Part shown: positions 9,751-20,200 of the stretch, in pieces | Layout: each line of letters begins with the position of its first letter | Position numbering within the stretch: the stretch's first letter is position 1 | Assembly: GCA_963777315.1 (NCBI GenBank) | Contig: CAVZQC010000002.1 | Span: 448,001 to 512,000, forward strand | Source: Vulcanimicrobiota bacterium | Lineage (GTDB): Bacteria > Vulcanimicrobiota > Vulcanimicrobiia > Vulcanimicrobiales > Vulcanimicrobiaceae | Direction: 5' to 3' | Length of the DNA stretch: 64,000 nt | Program-made: the position numbers and the translations under genes | Notes under the pieces: model-generated | What the model was told of the DNA's origin: nothing | Databases searched by the model: none | What the model saw: only the letters and a program-made list of their open reading frames with translations

Positions 9751-10277
9751 GCCGGAACGCGCGCTTGGAACCGGCGCGCGACCGCCATCGCGGCGCACAC
9801 GAGCAACGCGTTCAACAACGCCGTCCACAGCGCTTGATGAAAGTGCAGACGCGCGTAACCCGCCGGGTAGCCTTGGAGCGCCATGACGATCCAAAAGACC
9901 AAGCGCCGCAGCAGCGTTGCCGCAAAAACCACTCCCGCGGCCACCGGGATGGAGTCGGCGAAAAACCAGCGCGAGAGCGTGCTTGCGAATGCAGCGGCGA
10001 GCATCGTGGAAATCGTCCAGGCTGCGCCGGTTGCGCCGAGCGCGTCTTCGCACAGTCCCGCGATGAGACCGAAGATCGCCGCGCTGCGCAGCTCCGCGCG
10101 CGATGCATACCATACCACCACGACCAGCACGATGCTGGGCCGCGCATCCCGAAAGCTGAAATAGTGCAGCGCTTCTATCTGCACGAGCAGCCCGATCGCC
10201 AACAGCGCGCCGGCCATCCACCACGCGGGTCCGGAAAACGGCGCTTGCGCAGGGCCGGTGCGCGTGTTCACGCGCAC
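9747..10277 (-). CDS. mreD: rod shape-determining protein MreD
   Basis: Multi-TM protein with RPSIVLVVVVW and GLIAGLCEDAL, located between mreC and mrdA. Start approximate. Confidence 0.88.
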   Translation of the reverse strand: MRVNTRTGPAQAPFSGPAWWMAGALLAIGLLVQIEALHYFSFRDARPSIVLVVVVWYASRAELRSAAIFGLIAGLCEDALGATGAAWTISTMLAAAFASTLSRWFFADSIPVAAGVVFAATLLRRLVFWIVMALQGYPAGYARLHFHQALWTALLNALLVCAAMAVARRFQARVPA

Positions 10278-10290
10278 GCCGGTCGGTTCG

Positions 10291-11061
10291 CTACTTCGGA
10301 ATGACGACAACGCGATCGAGGGTCGAGAAATCGACGGCGGGTTTGACGACGGCGGTTTGATATAGGCTGGAGTCGCTGCGCTGAACTTGCACGATAGTGC
10401 CGATTACGGCGCCCGAGTGAAACGAGCGCGCTTCGCCCGTAACGACCCGGTCGCCCGCGCGCAGGGGCGCGTCCTGCGACACGTAGTCGAGCCGAACGCT
10501 GCTTTCGTTGCCTTTGGCCACTCCCCAGTAGCGGCCGCGCTGCACGACGGCCGGAATCGTGCTCGCGAAATCCGTAATCAGCGCGACGGTGCTGACCAAG
10601 GGACCCGCCTCCACGACGCGTCCGACGACGCCCGCAGCGGCCAATACGCCGTCGTCGCGGTCGACGCCGTTGCGCGTGCCTTTGTCAATCGTGACGCTTT
10701 GAATGCCGCCTTCGGGCGGAAACCCAATCACTCTGGCTTGGACGGCGCGCGGGTATTCCGCCACTGCCGGCGCGATCGCCACCTGGGCGCGATAGGCTGC
10801 GACCAGTTCACTCAGCCGCGCATTTTCCTGTTCCAACAGCCGGTTGCGGCGGGCGAGCTGCGCGTTGCTGTGCTCCAGTGCCGGTATGCCGGCGGCGGCC
10901 TGCCCGCCTGCCCGTACCGCATTTATTCCGGTCGAAACGACTTCTTCGAAGGCCAGGCTCATCGAGCCGATTGTTGCGGTGAACGGGCTGGCCATACCGG
11001 TCCGGGCAGCGCCTACTTGAACGAGCGCGACCAACGCCGTCACGATGATTATGCTTATCAC
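10291..11061 (-). CDS. mreC: rod shape-determining protein MreC
   Basis: TM plus coiled coil, then ARVIG...TIDKG..GV...GVVGRV, GDRVVTG and VKPAVDF. True start may lie slightly upstream. Confidence 0.93.
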   Translation of the reverse strand: MISIIIVTALVALVQVGAARTGMASPFTATIGSMSLAFEEVVSTGINAVRAGGQAAAGIPALEHSNAQLARRNRLLEQENARLSELVAAYRAQVAIAPAVAEYPRAVQARVIGFPPEGGIQSVTIDKGTRNGVDRDDGVLAAAGVVGRVVEAGPLVSTVALITDFASTIPAVVQRGRYWGVAKGNESSVRLDYVSQDAPLRAGDRVVTGEARSFHSGAVIGTIVQVQRSDSSLYQTAVVKPAVDFSTLDRVVVIPK

Positions 11062-11102
11062 CGCAAAAAGTTTGCGCTCGTCCCGATATGTGAAAATGGC
11101 CT

Positions 11103-11708
11103 CTACCCCGATGGCTGCCTGCGCGTGCGGCCTTCATTCGTTATCGGCAGCGCGAATCCCAACCCCCGAAGCGTTCGTGCAAAGCGACCCAGCGGAAAGC
11201 CCATGACGGTGTAAAAATCGCCGTCGACGCGCTCGACCAACGTCGCCCCGAAGCCTTGAATGCCGTATGCCCCCGCCTTGTCCATCGGTTCGCCGCCGGC
11301 GGCGTACGCCTCGATTTCGTCGTCCCCGAGTGCGAAAAACGTCACGTTCGTGCTTTCACATTCTTCAATGCGTTCGTGCCTGTGCGGCAATGCGATCGCG
11401 AATGCCGTGTGCACCACATGCGATCGTCCCGACAGATCGCGCAGCATCCGCCGTGCATCGGCCGCATCGCGTGGTTTATTGTAGGCAACGCCGTCGCGAT
11501 CGACCACCGTGTCCGCCGCAACGACGGGCTCACGCACGCCCAGCCGCTGCGCCACTTCGGCGCACTTGTGCCGCGCGTGTACGATCGCCAGCTCGCGCGG
11601 AGAAAGTCCGGGATGATCCGGCTCAGCGTAGCGGCTGGGCTCGACTCGAACGTCCAAGTGCAGCGAGCGCAGCAGTTCCAAACGGCGCGGCGATGCCGAC
11701 GCGAGCAC
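11103..11708 (-). CDS. maf: Maf-family nucleoside triphosphate pyrophosphatase
   Basis: Motifs LASASPRRLELL, AADTVV, EPMDKAGAYGIQG, VMGFP. Confidence 0.95.
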   Translation of the reverse strand: MLASASPRRLELLRSLHLDVRVEPSRYAEPDHPGLSPRELAIVHARHKCAEVAQRLGVREPVVAADTVVDRDGVAYNKPRDAADARRMLRDLSGRSHVVHTAFAIALPHRHERIEECESTNVTFFALGDDEIEAYAAGGEPMDKAGAYGIQGFGATLVERVDGDFYTVMGFPLGRFARTLRGLGFALPITNEGRTRRQPSG

Positions 11709-11712
11709 GATG

Positions 11713-12114
11713 CTATTGATAACGACGGCCGTCGACCTCGATGTAGCCGGATCTATGGCGGCCGCGCGGATCGCGATGCGTCCAATGAATGACGTCGTCG
11801 TCGCATTCGTATTGCCCGCGAAGACGCACCGAATCGCCCGTCTGCAAAGGGACGGGGCCCGTGATGTCGACGTTGTCTTCGACTAGGATCGTGCGCCCGC
11901 CGGTGCGCAGCAAAAACCCCTCGTGCATGCCGCTGCGTGAATCGCGCGTGCCCAGCACGCGCGCCACCACTCCGGTCGATTGCACTTCGACGTGCGAAGC
12001 GCCGTTCGCGCACGCCGACGCTGCTTGCGTAAGACTGCCGGGCTGCGGCACGGCACAGGCGCTGCACGCGGCCAACGCCAGTGCGGCAGCGACGTTACGA
12101 ATTCGCGAAGCCAT
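11713..12114 (-). CDS. DUF3465-type lipoprotein
   Basis: Lipobox-like signal (LAAC/SAC); C-terminal IHWTHRDPRGRHRSGYI typical of DUF3465. Confidence 0.75.
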   Translation of the reverse strand: MASRIRNVAAALALAACSACAVPQPGSLTQAASACANGASHVEVQSTGVVARVLGTRDSRSGMHEGFLLRTGGRTILVEDNVDITGPVPLQTGDSVRLRGQYECDDDVIHWTHRDPRGRHRSGYIEVDGRRYQ

Positions 12115-12703
12115 AGAGCTGCTGCGCGACGACGTACTGCCAGACCGATTCGGGCACCAAATACCGTACGGATCGCCCTTGCGCGAGCAGCGTTCGCACC
12201 AGCGTCGCGCTCTCGGGCATCTCGGGCAGATTCAACGTTTTTACGCGCGAGCGCAACAGCGCAGGGACCGCTGCCAGCACGCGCGCGACGGCCTCGCTGC
12301 TGGTTCCCGCGCGCGGTGCGATCACGAACGCGTCGAGCGATTCGAGCACCTCCTCAAAGCGTACCCAGGCGTTGCTTGCCAGCGAATCGGCGCCGGTGAT
12401 GAACGTGAGTTCGGCGCCCGGGTATTTCACTGCAATCTTCGGCAGCAGATCGGCGGTGTACCCCGTGGCCTGCTCCTGCAGATCGGTATCGTCGAGAGTA
12501 AAATTCGCATTCGATGCGATCGCGCCGCGAATCATCGCGCAGCGATGTTCGGGAGAAGCTTCGGGTTTGATGCGATAGTGCACGCTGCTGGTGGGAACGA
12601 ACAGCACGCGATCGAGCCGCTCGATGATGCGCGCCGATTCGGCCACGAACAAGTGAATGTTGTGGATCGGATCGAACGTGCCGCCGAAGATTCCCAGCCT
12701 CAA
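12095..12703 (-). CDS. nadD: nicotinate-nucleotide adenylyltransferase
   Basis: LGIFGGTFDPIHNIH, YTADLL, FITGADS, SATLVR, YLVP. TTG start overlaps the obgE stop. Confidence 0.93.
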   Translation of the reverse strand: MRLGIFGGTFDPIHNIHLFVAESARIIERLDRVLFVPTSSVHYRIKPEASPEHRCAMIRGAIASNANFTLDDTDLQEQATGYTADLLPKIAVKYPGAELTFITGADSLASNAWVRFEEVLESLDAFVIAPRAGTSSEAVARVLAAVPALLRSRVKTLNLPEMPESATLVRTLLAQGRSVRYLVPESVWQYVVAQQLYGFANS

Positions 12704-13962
12704 CTGTACGTGAACTCGTACGGGCCGATGCGCACCGTGTCGCCCTCGCCGGCGCCCATGGCGCGCAACTTCTTGTCGACTCCCATCTTGGCCAGAATCT
12801 GCTCGAAGCGCGCAAGTCCCTCGTCGGAGTCGAAATTCGTCATTGCGGCTAGGCGCTCGACCCGCTCCCCGCTGATGACGAATATGCGATCGTGTTGGGA
12901 GATGGTGAACGGCTCGCTGGGACGCAGCACGATGTGCGCGGGCTGCGGCGCAGCGATTTGCGGCATCGGAGCTGCGGCTATGGCGCGCGATACGGCGTAT
13001 ACCAGTTCGCGCAGGCCGCGGCCGGTCGCCGAACTGATCCCCAGCACCTGCGGAAACTCTTTGCCAAGCGCGTCCAGCCGCTCTTGCGCATCGGTAAGAT
13101 CGAGCTTTGAAAGAACCAACAGCGTCGGTTTGAGCGGCAGCTGCGCGTTCCATGCCGCCAGTTCGCGCTCGATCGTCGCCTTGTCGACACGGATTTCTTC
13201 GAGGGACTTCGAGCCGTCGAGCAGATGAACGAGCACGCGAGTTCGCTCGACGTGGCGCAAGAACTGATCGCCCAAACCTGCGCCCGAGTGCGCGCCTTCG
13301 ATCAGACCCGGAACGTCCACCATCACGAACGATTCTTCGTCCGAAACGCGTACCACGCCGAGTTGCGGCTCCAATGTCGTGAAGGGGTAATCCGCTATTT
13401 TCGGCCGCGCGGCCGAAACCGCCGCCAGCAGCGTGGACTTGCCGGCGTTCGGCAATCCGACGATGCCGCAGTCGGCCAGCAGACGCAATTCCAGCCGCAG
13501 CGAACAGTGCTCGCCCGGCTCGCCCTTTTCCGCAAAGCGGGGCGCCTGACGCGTGCTGGTGGCGAAGTGCTGGTTGCCCAGGCCACCGCGTCCGCCCCGC
13601 GCGGCCAAAACGCGGTCGCCGTTCCCGGCAAGATCGCTCAAGAACCCTTCGGACTGCCCTTCGACGGTCCGGAAAACGAGCGTTCCCACCGGAACCGCGA
13701 TCGTTAAATCCCCACCCGCGCGTCCGGTTTTGTTGGAGGTGCCGCCCGGCTTGCCGGAATCGGCCGCGAACCGGCGTTTGAAGCGGAACTCGACTAGGGT
13801 CGAAAGTTCGGAGTCTGCCTGGAGATAGACGCTGCCGCCATGGCCGCCGTCACCGCCCGCCGGGCCGCCCTTGGGGACATACTTTTCGCGCCGCCACGCC
13901 ACCGCGCCGTCGCCTCCGCTGCCCGCGGAGACCGAAATGAGCGCTTCGTCTATGAACTGCAG
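12700..13962 (-). CDS. obgE: GTPase ObgE/CgtA (probable CTG start)
   Basis: RREKYVPKGGPAGGDGG, GLPNAGKST, DYPFTT, DVPGLIEGA and C-terminal DUF1967 (GDTVRIG..EF). The conserved N-terminus xQFIDEA begins at CTG 13962, with GAGGAG 11 nt upstream. Confidence 0.95.
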   Translation of the reverse strand: MQFIDEALISVSAGSGGDGAVAWRREKYVPKGGPAGGDGGHGGSVYLQADSELSTLVEFRFKRRFAADSGKPGGTSNKTGRAGGDLTIAVPVGTLVFRTVEGQSEGFLSDLAGNGDRVLAARGGRGGLGNQHFATSTRQAPRFAEKGEPGEHCSLRLELRLLADCGIVGLPNAGKSTLLAAVSAARPKIADYPFTTLEPQLGVVRVSDEESFVMVDVPGLIEGAHSGAGLGDQFLRHVERTRVLVHLLDGSKSLEEIRVDKATIERELAAWNAQLPLKPTLLVLSKLDLTDAQERLDALGKEFPQVLGISSATGRGLRELVYAVSRAIAAAPMPQIAAPQPAHIVLRPSEPFTISQHDRIFVISGERVERLAAMTNFDSDEGLARFEQILAKMGVDKKLRAMGAGEGDTVRIGPYEFTYS

Positions 13963-13979
13963 GGGCGCGCGCGCTCCTC

Positions 13980-14007
13980 AAAACAGAAAGAGGACCCCGA
14001 GGTCCTC
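13980..14007 (-). terminator. intrinsic terminator between rpmA and obgE
   Basis: Minus strand reads GAGGACC-TCGG-GGTCCTC followed by TTTCTGTTTT. Confidence 0.7.
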
Positions 14008-14029
14008 CATAGCGCTGTCCCCGAGAGCG

Positions 14030-14308
14030 TCAGGCGGCCGGGCGTACGTGCACGTGCTTGCGGTTGCGGTGCGTGGCGAATTCGACGATGCCGTCGCTGA
14101 GCGCGAAGAGCGTGTGGTCGGTGCCGATGCCGACGTTCCGGCCGGGGTAGAACTGCGTTCCCCGCTGGCGGATGATGATATTGCCGGCGATGACCTGCTG
14201 GCCGCCGAACTTCTTGACCCCCAGCCGCTGGGCGTTCGAGTCGCGGCCGTTGCGGGATGAACCGGCGCCCTTTTTGGACGCGAAAAGCTGAAGATCGAAC
14301 AGGAACAT
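14030..14308 (-). CDS. rpmA: 50S ribosomal protein L27 with N-terminal extension
   Basis: [48 protein letters not shown]. Confidence 0.97.
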   Translation of the reverse strand: MFLFDLQLFASKKGAGSSRNGRDSNAQRLGVKKFGGQQVIAGNIIIRQRGTQFYPGRNVGIGTDHTLFALSDGIVEFATHRNRKHVHVRPAA

Positions 14309-14317
14309 AGCGGCGCT

Positions 14318-14347
14318 ACTATAGCAGAGCGCTGCCGCAGGCGTCAA
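14318..14347 (-). promoter_or_regulatory. sigma70-type promoter of rpmA
   Basis: TTGACG-N18-TATAGT with extended -10 TG. The ATG is 9 nt downstream of the -10. Confidence 0.65.
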
Positions 14348-14359
14348 ATTTCCGAATCA

Positions 14360-15130
14360 CTACCGAAGGACCACCCGTTCCTTACGCATCGCCGCCAGTA
14401 CGGCGGAGGCAAAATCGCCGATCCTCCACTGCCCGCGCACTCGAAGGCGGGTCATCTCCAGGCGGTTCTCGGGCGGCAGCACGTACGCGCTGTCCGTGGT
14501 TACGCCCAGCGCGACGTCGGCGCGATTCACCAACGTCAACGTCTCACGCGTAAAGCGCCCGGACGGGTACGCATAGGAATCGACCGGCGCGTGAAGATCC
14601 GCCCGTAGCCTTTCCACGGAGTCCTCGATTTCAAAACGCTGCTGCGCCGGCGTCATCTGCGAAAGGTCGTCGTGATACACGCCGTGCGCCGCTACGTCCA
14701 GATGCTGTGCGAGCATGGCCCGCAGCTGCGCCCACGTCAGATGATGCGGCCGGCCCAGCTCGCCCGTGACGACGTAGAAGGTAGCGCTGTCGCCGTACTG
14801 CCGCAGCAGCGGAACGGCATACCGGAACTGGTCCGCGTAGCCGTCGTCAAACGTCAGAACGACCGCTCGATCCAGCGGTTCACGCCGCTCGAGCCGCCGG
14901 TCGAGATCCGCCATGCTGATGACGGCGATTCCGCGGCGCTTGAAGTAGTCCAGCTGCGCGCGCAGCTGGTGCGGATTGACGGTCAGTTCGCGCGCCAAAG
15001 CGCCGGCGGGGCGATCGACGTCGATGCGGTGGTACATCAGGATCGGCGGAGGCACGAACGTGGCGGGCAGCGCGGCTGCGGGCCCCGGCAAGGCTGCAAG
15101 CAGGATCGGCAAAAGGACGGCAAGCGCCAT
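14360..15130 (-). CDS. secreted polysaccharide deacetylase family protein
   Basis: Signal peptide; PILMYH, LTFDDGY, AHGVYH, YAYPSG. Confidence 0.9.
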   Translation of the reverse strand: MALAVLLPILLAALPGPAAALPATFVPPPILMYHRIDVDRPAGALARELTVNPHQLRAQLDYFKRRGIAVISMADLDRRLERREPLDRAVVLTFDDGYADQFRYAVPLLRQYGDSATFYVVTGELGRPHHLTWAQLRAMLAQHLDVAAHGVYHDDLSQMTPAQQRFEIEDSVERLRADLHAPVDSYAYPSGRFTRETLTLVNRADVALGVTTDSAYVLPPENRLEMTRLRVRGQWRIGDFASAVLAAMRKERVVLR

Positions 15131-15184
15131 GGCGTTCTTTTCGCAAGAGGGTCCGGGTTGGACCCGCCGTAACACAGGGACGTT

Positions 15185-16453
15185 TTGGATGCTTCGACGT
15201 ACTGGGGCCCCGCCAAACGCCGGGTGGTCGTAACGGGCCTGGGTGCGGTGACGCCGCTGGGCAATACCAAGGACGAATTCTGGCGCAGGCTCGTGTCCGG
15301 CGAGAGCGGCGTGGGGCCGATTACCGTCTTCGACACCACCGACTTCTCGACGCGGTTTGCCGCAGAGGTCAAGGGATTCGACCCCGAAGCGCTCGTGGGC
15401 AAACGCGAGTCCAAGCGCATGGATCGGTTCTCCCAATTCGCGGTCGTCGCAGCAAAAGAAGCGATCGACAATTCCGGTTTGAATCTGGCGCAGCCCGGCT
15501 TACTCGAGAGCAGCGGGGCGATCATCGCCACCGGCATCGGCGGTATTCTCACGTTCTGGCAGAGCTCGGAAAAAGCCAAAAAGGACGGGACCTGGTCCAA
15601 GGTCACGCCGTTCTTCATTCCTATGCTGATGGCCAATGCTGCGTCGGCGCAAATATCGATGGCGTACGGTTTGCGCGGTCCGGTGTTTGCCGTATCCAGC
15701 GCGTGCGCGAGCGGCAACGACGCGATCTGTACCGCGTACAACTACATCGCGGCCGGTCTGACGCCGATGATGGTGGCCGGCGGAAGCGAGGCCACGATTT
15801 CGCCGCTGGCGGTCGGCGGCTTTTGCTCGATGAAAGCGATGTCGACACGAAATGACGACGTGCAGCACGCGAGCCGTCCGTTCGACAAAGAACGCGATGG
15901 TTTCGTGCTGGGCGAAGGCGCGGGAATCGTCGTGCTCGAGGACTACGAGCATGCCGATGCGCGAGGCGCGCGGATCTACTGCGAGCTCTACGGCTACGGC
16001 CAATCCGCAGACGCGTATAATTTAGTGGCGCCCGATCCGGACAGCAGGGGCGTGGAGCTGGCCTTGGGGCGCGCTCTGACGCACGCTCGCGTAAGCGCAT
16101 CGGACGTGGATTACATCAACGCGCACGGCACGTCGACTCCGCAAGGCGACGTAGCCGAATCGCAGGCGATACAGCGCGTCTTCGGGGCCGAAACGAAAGT
16201 CGCGGTGAGTTCCACCAAATCGATGCACGGCCACGCTTTGGGAGCGGCGGGCGGCATCGAGGGAGTTGCGACCGTGCTGGCCGTTCACCAGGACGTAATG
16301 CCGCCCACCATCAATTACGAAGTTCCCGATCCCGAATGCCAGCTCGACTACGTGCCGAACATTGCGCGAAAAGCTCCGGTGAACGTTGCGCTCTCCAACT
16401 CGTTCGGATTCGGCGGCCACAATAGCGTCCTGGTCTTCGGCAGACTTCGCTGA
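15185..16453 (+). CDS. fabF: beta-ketoacyl-ACP synthase II
   Basis: RVVVTGLG, SACASG, YINAHGTST, KSMHGH, SNSFGFGG. Confidence 0.96.
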   Translation: MDASTYWGPAKRRVVVTGLGAVTPLGNTKDEFWRRLVSGESGVGPITVFDTTDFSTRFAAEVKGFDPEALVGKRESKRMDRFSQFAVVAAKEAIDNSGLNLAQPGLLESSGAIIATGIGGILTFWQSSEKAKKDGTWSKVTPFFIPMLMANAASAQISMAYGLRGPVFAVSSACASGNDAICTAYNYIAAGLTPMMVAGGSEATISPLAVGGFCSMKAMSTRNDDVQHASRPFDKERDGFVLGEGAGIVVLEDYEHADARGARIYCELYGYGQSADAYNLVAPDPDSRGVELALGRALTHARVSASDVDYINAHGTSTPQGDVAESQAIQRVFGAETKVAVSSTKSMHGHALGAAGGIEGVATVLAVHQDVMPPTINYEVPDPECQLDYVPNIARKAPVNVALSNSFGFGGHNSVLVFGRLR

Positions 16454-16457
16454 GAGC

Positions 16458-17159
16458 ATGGCCGGCGAACAGCGGCGGCGCCGGTTGCGCGTCTTGCTCG
16501 ACCTTGCGGATGCCGCCGGTATGCAGACCGACCGGATCGAAGCGGCATTCGTGCACGAAAGCGCCGCCAAAGAGCAGCATATCGCCTCGAACGGACGTCT
16601 GGAATTTTTGGGCGACGCGGTATTGGGCCTGGTCGTGGCGAGGTGGCTGTACCAAACATATCCGCATGAGAAAGAAGGCACGCTGGCCAAACGCAAGGCC
16701 GCGATCGTTAGCGACTCGGCCATCGCGAGCAGCGCGCGACGACTGGGCTTCGGCGACCTGGTGCAGCTGGGCATCGGAGAGCGCTCGCACGGAGGAGCCG
16801 AGCGCACGTCCACGCTCGCGGACGCGTTCGAGGCCTTCATTGCGGTGCTGTTCCTCGAGCACGGTTTCGAAACCGCGCAGCGTTTCCTCGAGCGCGAGCA
16901 TGTGGCCAACGTCGATCACGAGCATGCCGCGCTCGCCGATCCCAAAACGCAGCTGCAAGAATTCACGCAGGCCCATTTGGCCTGCACGCCGGTGTACCGC
17001 GAGCACGCGCAGGGACCCGCGCATTTGCGAACGTTCACTTCGACGGTAGCGGTCGGCGGCGAAACGCTCGGAAGCGGCAGCGGGCCGTCGAAGAAAGCGG
17101 CTCAGCAGAACGCCGCCGCACAGGCTTTGCGCAGCCTGCAGGATCGTTCATCGCCGTGA
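16458..17159 (+). CDS. rnc: ribonuclease III
   Basis: NGRLEFLGDAVLG, ADAFEA, and dsRBD DPKTQLQE...GPSKKAAQQ. Confidence 0.95.
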   Translation: MAGEQRRRRLRVLLDLADAAGMQTDRIEAAFVHESAAKEQHIASNGRLEFLGDAVLGLVVARWLYQTYPHEKEGTLAKRKAAIVSDSAIASSARRLGFGDLVQLGIGERSHGGAERTSTLADAFEAFIAVLFLEHGFETAQRFLEREHVANVDHEHAALADPKTQLQEFTQAHLACTPVYREHAQGPAHLRTFTSTVAVGGETLGSGSGPSKKAAQQNAAAQALRSLQDRSSP

Positions 17160-17216
17160 ACCTGCCGGACTCACTAGGAGCGCGCCGCACCGGCGCCGCA
17201 CCATTTGGAACGGCTC

Positions 17217-20200
17217 ATGCACCTTAAACGCATCAAGACGTTCGGCTTTAAGACGTTCGCCGACCCCACGACGCTGGAGTTCGGCGAGGGCATCACCGCG
17301 ATCGTCGGACCGAACGGTTCGGGCAAGTCGAATCTCATCGACGCGTTCCGCTGGGTGCTCGGAGAGCAGAGCAGCAAGAGCTTGCGATCCGGTAAAATGG
17401 AAGACGTCATCTTCGCCGGCAACGAGAAACGCAAACCACTGGGCCTGTCCGAAGTGTCGATTACGTTCGACAACGCGGACCGTACGCTGCCGACGGATTT
17501 CAGCGAAGTCGAGATAACGCGCCGCGCCTATCGCGCGGGAGAAATAGAATATTACATCAACCGCGGCCAGTGCCGGCTGCGGGATATCCTGGACTTGCTC
17601 GTGGGCACCGGTCTGGGTCCGGGATCGTATTCGATCGTTTCCCAAGGGCAGATCGATGCGATCCTTGCCAGCAAGCCGGTGGACCGGCGCGCGCTTTTCG
17701 AAGAAACGGCGGGCATCAATAGATTCTTAGCGCGCAAGAACGAATCGATGCGCCGGCTCGAGCAGACCGAGCAAAATGCGATCCGGATAAACGATCTGAT
17801 CGCCGAACTGGACCGGCGCATCCCCGAGCTCGACACGCAGGTGCGCCGCGCAAAACGCTACCGCAAGTTGGCCGCGCGCGTGCGCGACCTGGAAATACTT
17901 TCGTACGTTCGCGCGGGCGCGTCCCGGCGCCGGGAGCGCGAAACGCTGCTCGCGCAGCTGGATCGCAACGAGGAAGCGCGCAGCGCTGCTGCGGCCAAAG
18001 CGGCCTCGCTGTCCGCGCGCCTAGCGGATACGCGCACTTGCGCGTACCGGCAGGAGCTCGCAGCCGAAGAGCTGCGCACGCAAAGCCAGGCCGTCCGCAG
18101 CGAACTTTCGGCCAAGGAAGCCGACTATGCGGGGGCGCTGGCTCGCCGCGAAGCGCTCGAAGCGCAGAACACCCAAACCTCGCAGGATGCGCAGCGCGTC
18201 GCGCGCGAGCGTGAGGAACTGCAGCGGACGATCGCCGAATTGGAAGCACGCATCGAGCCGTTGCAAAGCCGGCTCGCGCAGGCCCGCGAAAGCGAGCTGC
18301 AAGCCCAAGCGGCATTGGCGGATGCCCGCGGGCGGCTGGAAAGCATCTTCACGCAACTGCGCGAGGTCGAGTCTGCAGCTTCGGCGGTTGCGGCGCGAAA
18401 AGCCGAGCGTCGCGTGCAGAGCGAAAACGCGCGCGCTGAAGCCGAGCGGCTCGAAAGCGAAACTCACGCGGCAATCGCGCGGGCCGAGCAGCTGCAGATC
18501 GATGCCGGAGCTGCCGCGCAGCGGTTCGCGCAGCGGGAAGCGGAGCTCGCGCGCCTAGAAGACCAATCGCTGCGCACGCGAGCGCAGATGGAGGAGCGTG
18601 ACCGCGAACTCGCGCGCGCGCAATCCGAACTTGCCCGGGCGACGAACGAACATCGCGAGCATTTCAGCCAAGTCGCCGCGGCTCAATCGCGGCTGCACAC
18701 GATCGAGGAGCTCGAAAACGCGCTCGAAGGTCACGTGCCCGGCACGCGCGCGATCGTGGAAGCGTGGCAGCGCGCAGAACTGCACGGCATAGAAGGCATC
18801 GTTTCAAACCTGATCGCCACGGACGAGCAGTACGCCCGCGCGATGGACGTGGCGTTCGGCGCTCGCCTGTCCAACATCGTCACGCTCACCTCCGAGGATG
18901 CCGAGCGCGCCGTCAACTATTTGACGAACAAAGAGCTCGGACGCGCGACCTTTTTGCCGCTGGACACGCTGCGCGACCGAGCCGGCAAAGAACTCTCCCC
19001 CGAATTGCGCGGCGTGCCCGGAGTGATAGGCTACGCTCACACGCTGGTTCGCACGCAGGCGCAGTACGAGTCGATCGTGCGCTTCTTGGTCGGCGCCGTT
19101 TTGATCGTCGACACGCTTGCCACCGGCATCGTTCTTGCGCGCAGCCGCGGCCTGCGCGACACGATCGTCACGCTTTCCGGCGAGCAAATCACCGGCGGCG
19201 GGGCGATCACCGGCGGACGCCATCAACGCGAGCGATCGATCCTGTCGCGACGCGCGCAGGCCCGCACGCTGCGCGAACGACTCGAGGACATGCGCGAGCA
19301 GCTCAAACGGTTCGAAGCTGCGGTCGATGCGGCGACGGCGGCGGCGCAGCAAGCAGCTCGCGCGAAAGAGGACGCGGTGCAGTCTTTGGGCGCAGCCGAA
19401 ATCACGCTGACCGAGGTCCGCGCCGAGATGCTGGCCGTGAACGTCGAGGCCGAACGCATGCAAGAGGAGCTGCAAACGGTTCGCGCGAGCGGTGCAGACC
19501 TGCGCGAACGCGCCCGGCAGGCGCGTCGCCGAGAGCAAGACCTGCAGGGTGCGGCCCCAGAGGAAATGCAAAGCGACGACGACCGCGAGCGGCTCGAACG
19601 CGAATTGGTTCAGGCACGCGACGCAATTGCGCATGCCGAGCGTTTGCAAACGCAGGCTGCGGCCAGCGCGGGCGATCTGCGTGAACGCAGCGCCGCATTG
19701 ACGGCCGAGCGCGACGGCGCGCTCGCGCGTTTAGGGATCATCGATCAAGACACCGAGCGCGCCGGTGCTGCGCGCGAACGCATGGCAGCGGAGATCGCCG
19801 GTTTGGCGGAGCGGACGCGTGATGCCCAGCGCGAGCTGGAAGCGCTGCGCGAGCGGCTCCAAGGCGCGGACGCGGCTTTCGCAGCTGCGCGCCGCGAGCG
19901 TGAGGCGCTCACCGACGAGACCACGCAATTGGAATCGCTCGCGCGGTCCGCGGAGCTCGAAGAGCGCGAAGCGCAAGCCGGGGGAGAGCGTCACCGCACA
20001 CGGCTAGCCGAGATTGAAGCGGAACTGGGCATGCTCGTTGCGCAATTCGCGCAAAATCCCGCGACCGATCCGGAATGCCGCGAAGTCGAAGAACGCTACC
20101 GCGATCAGCCTCAAGAAGTCACCGGCGATCTGCCTCGTTTGCGCGAGGATCTGGGTCGCCTCTCCAACGTGAACCTCAATGCCGAGGCCGATCGCGAAGA

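Noticed and set aside
11062..11100. Non-canonical ATT start for mreC (IFTYRDERK...)
   Set aside because: The frame is open and plausible, but spacing to the GAGG is only 2 nt and I cannot support it without homologs.
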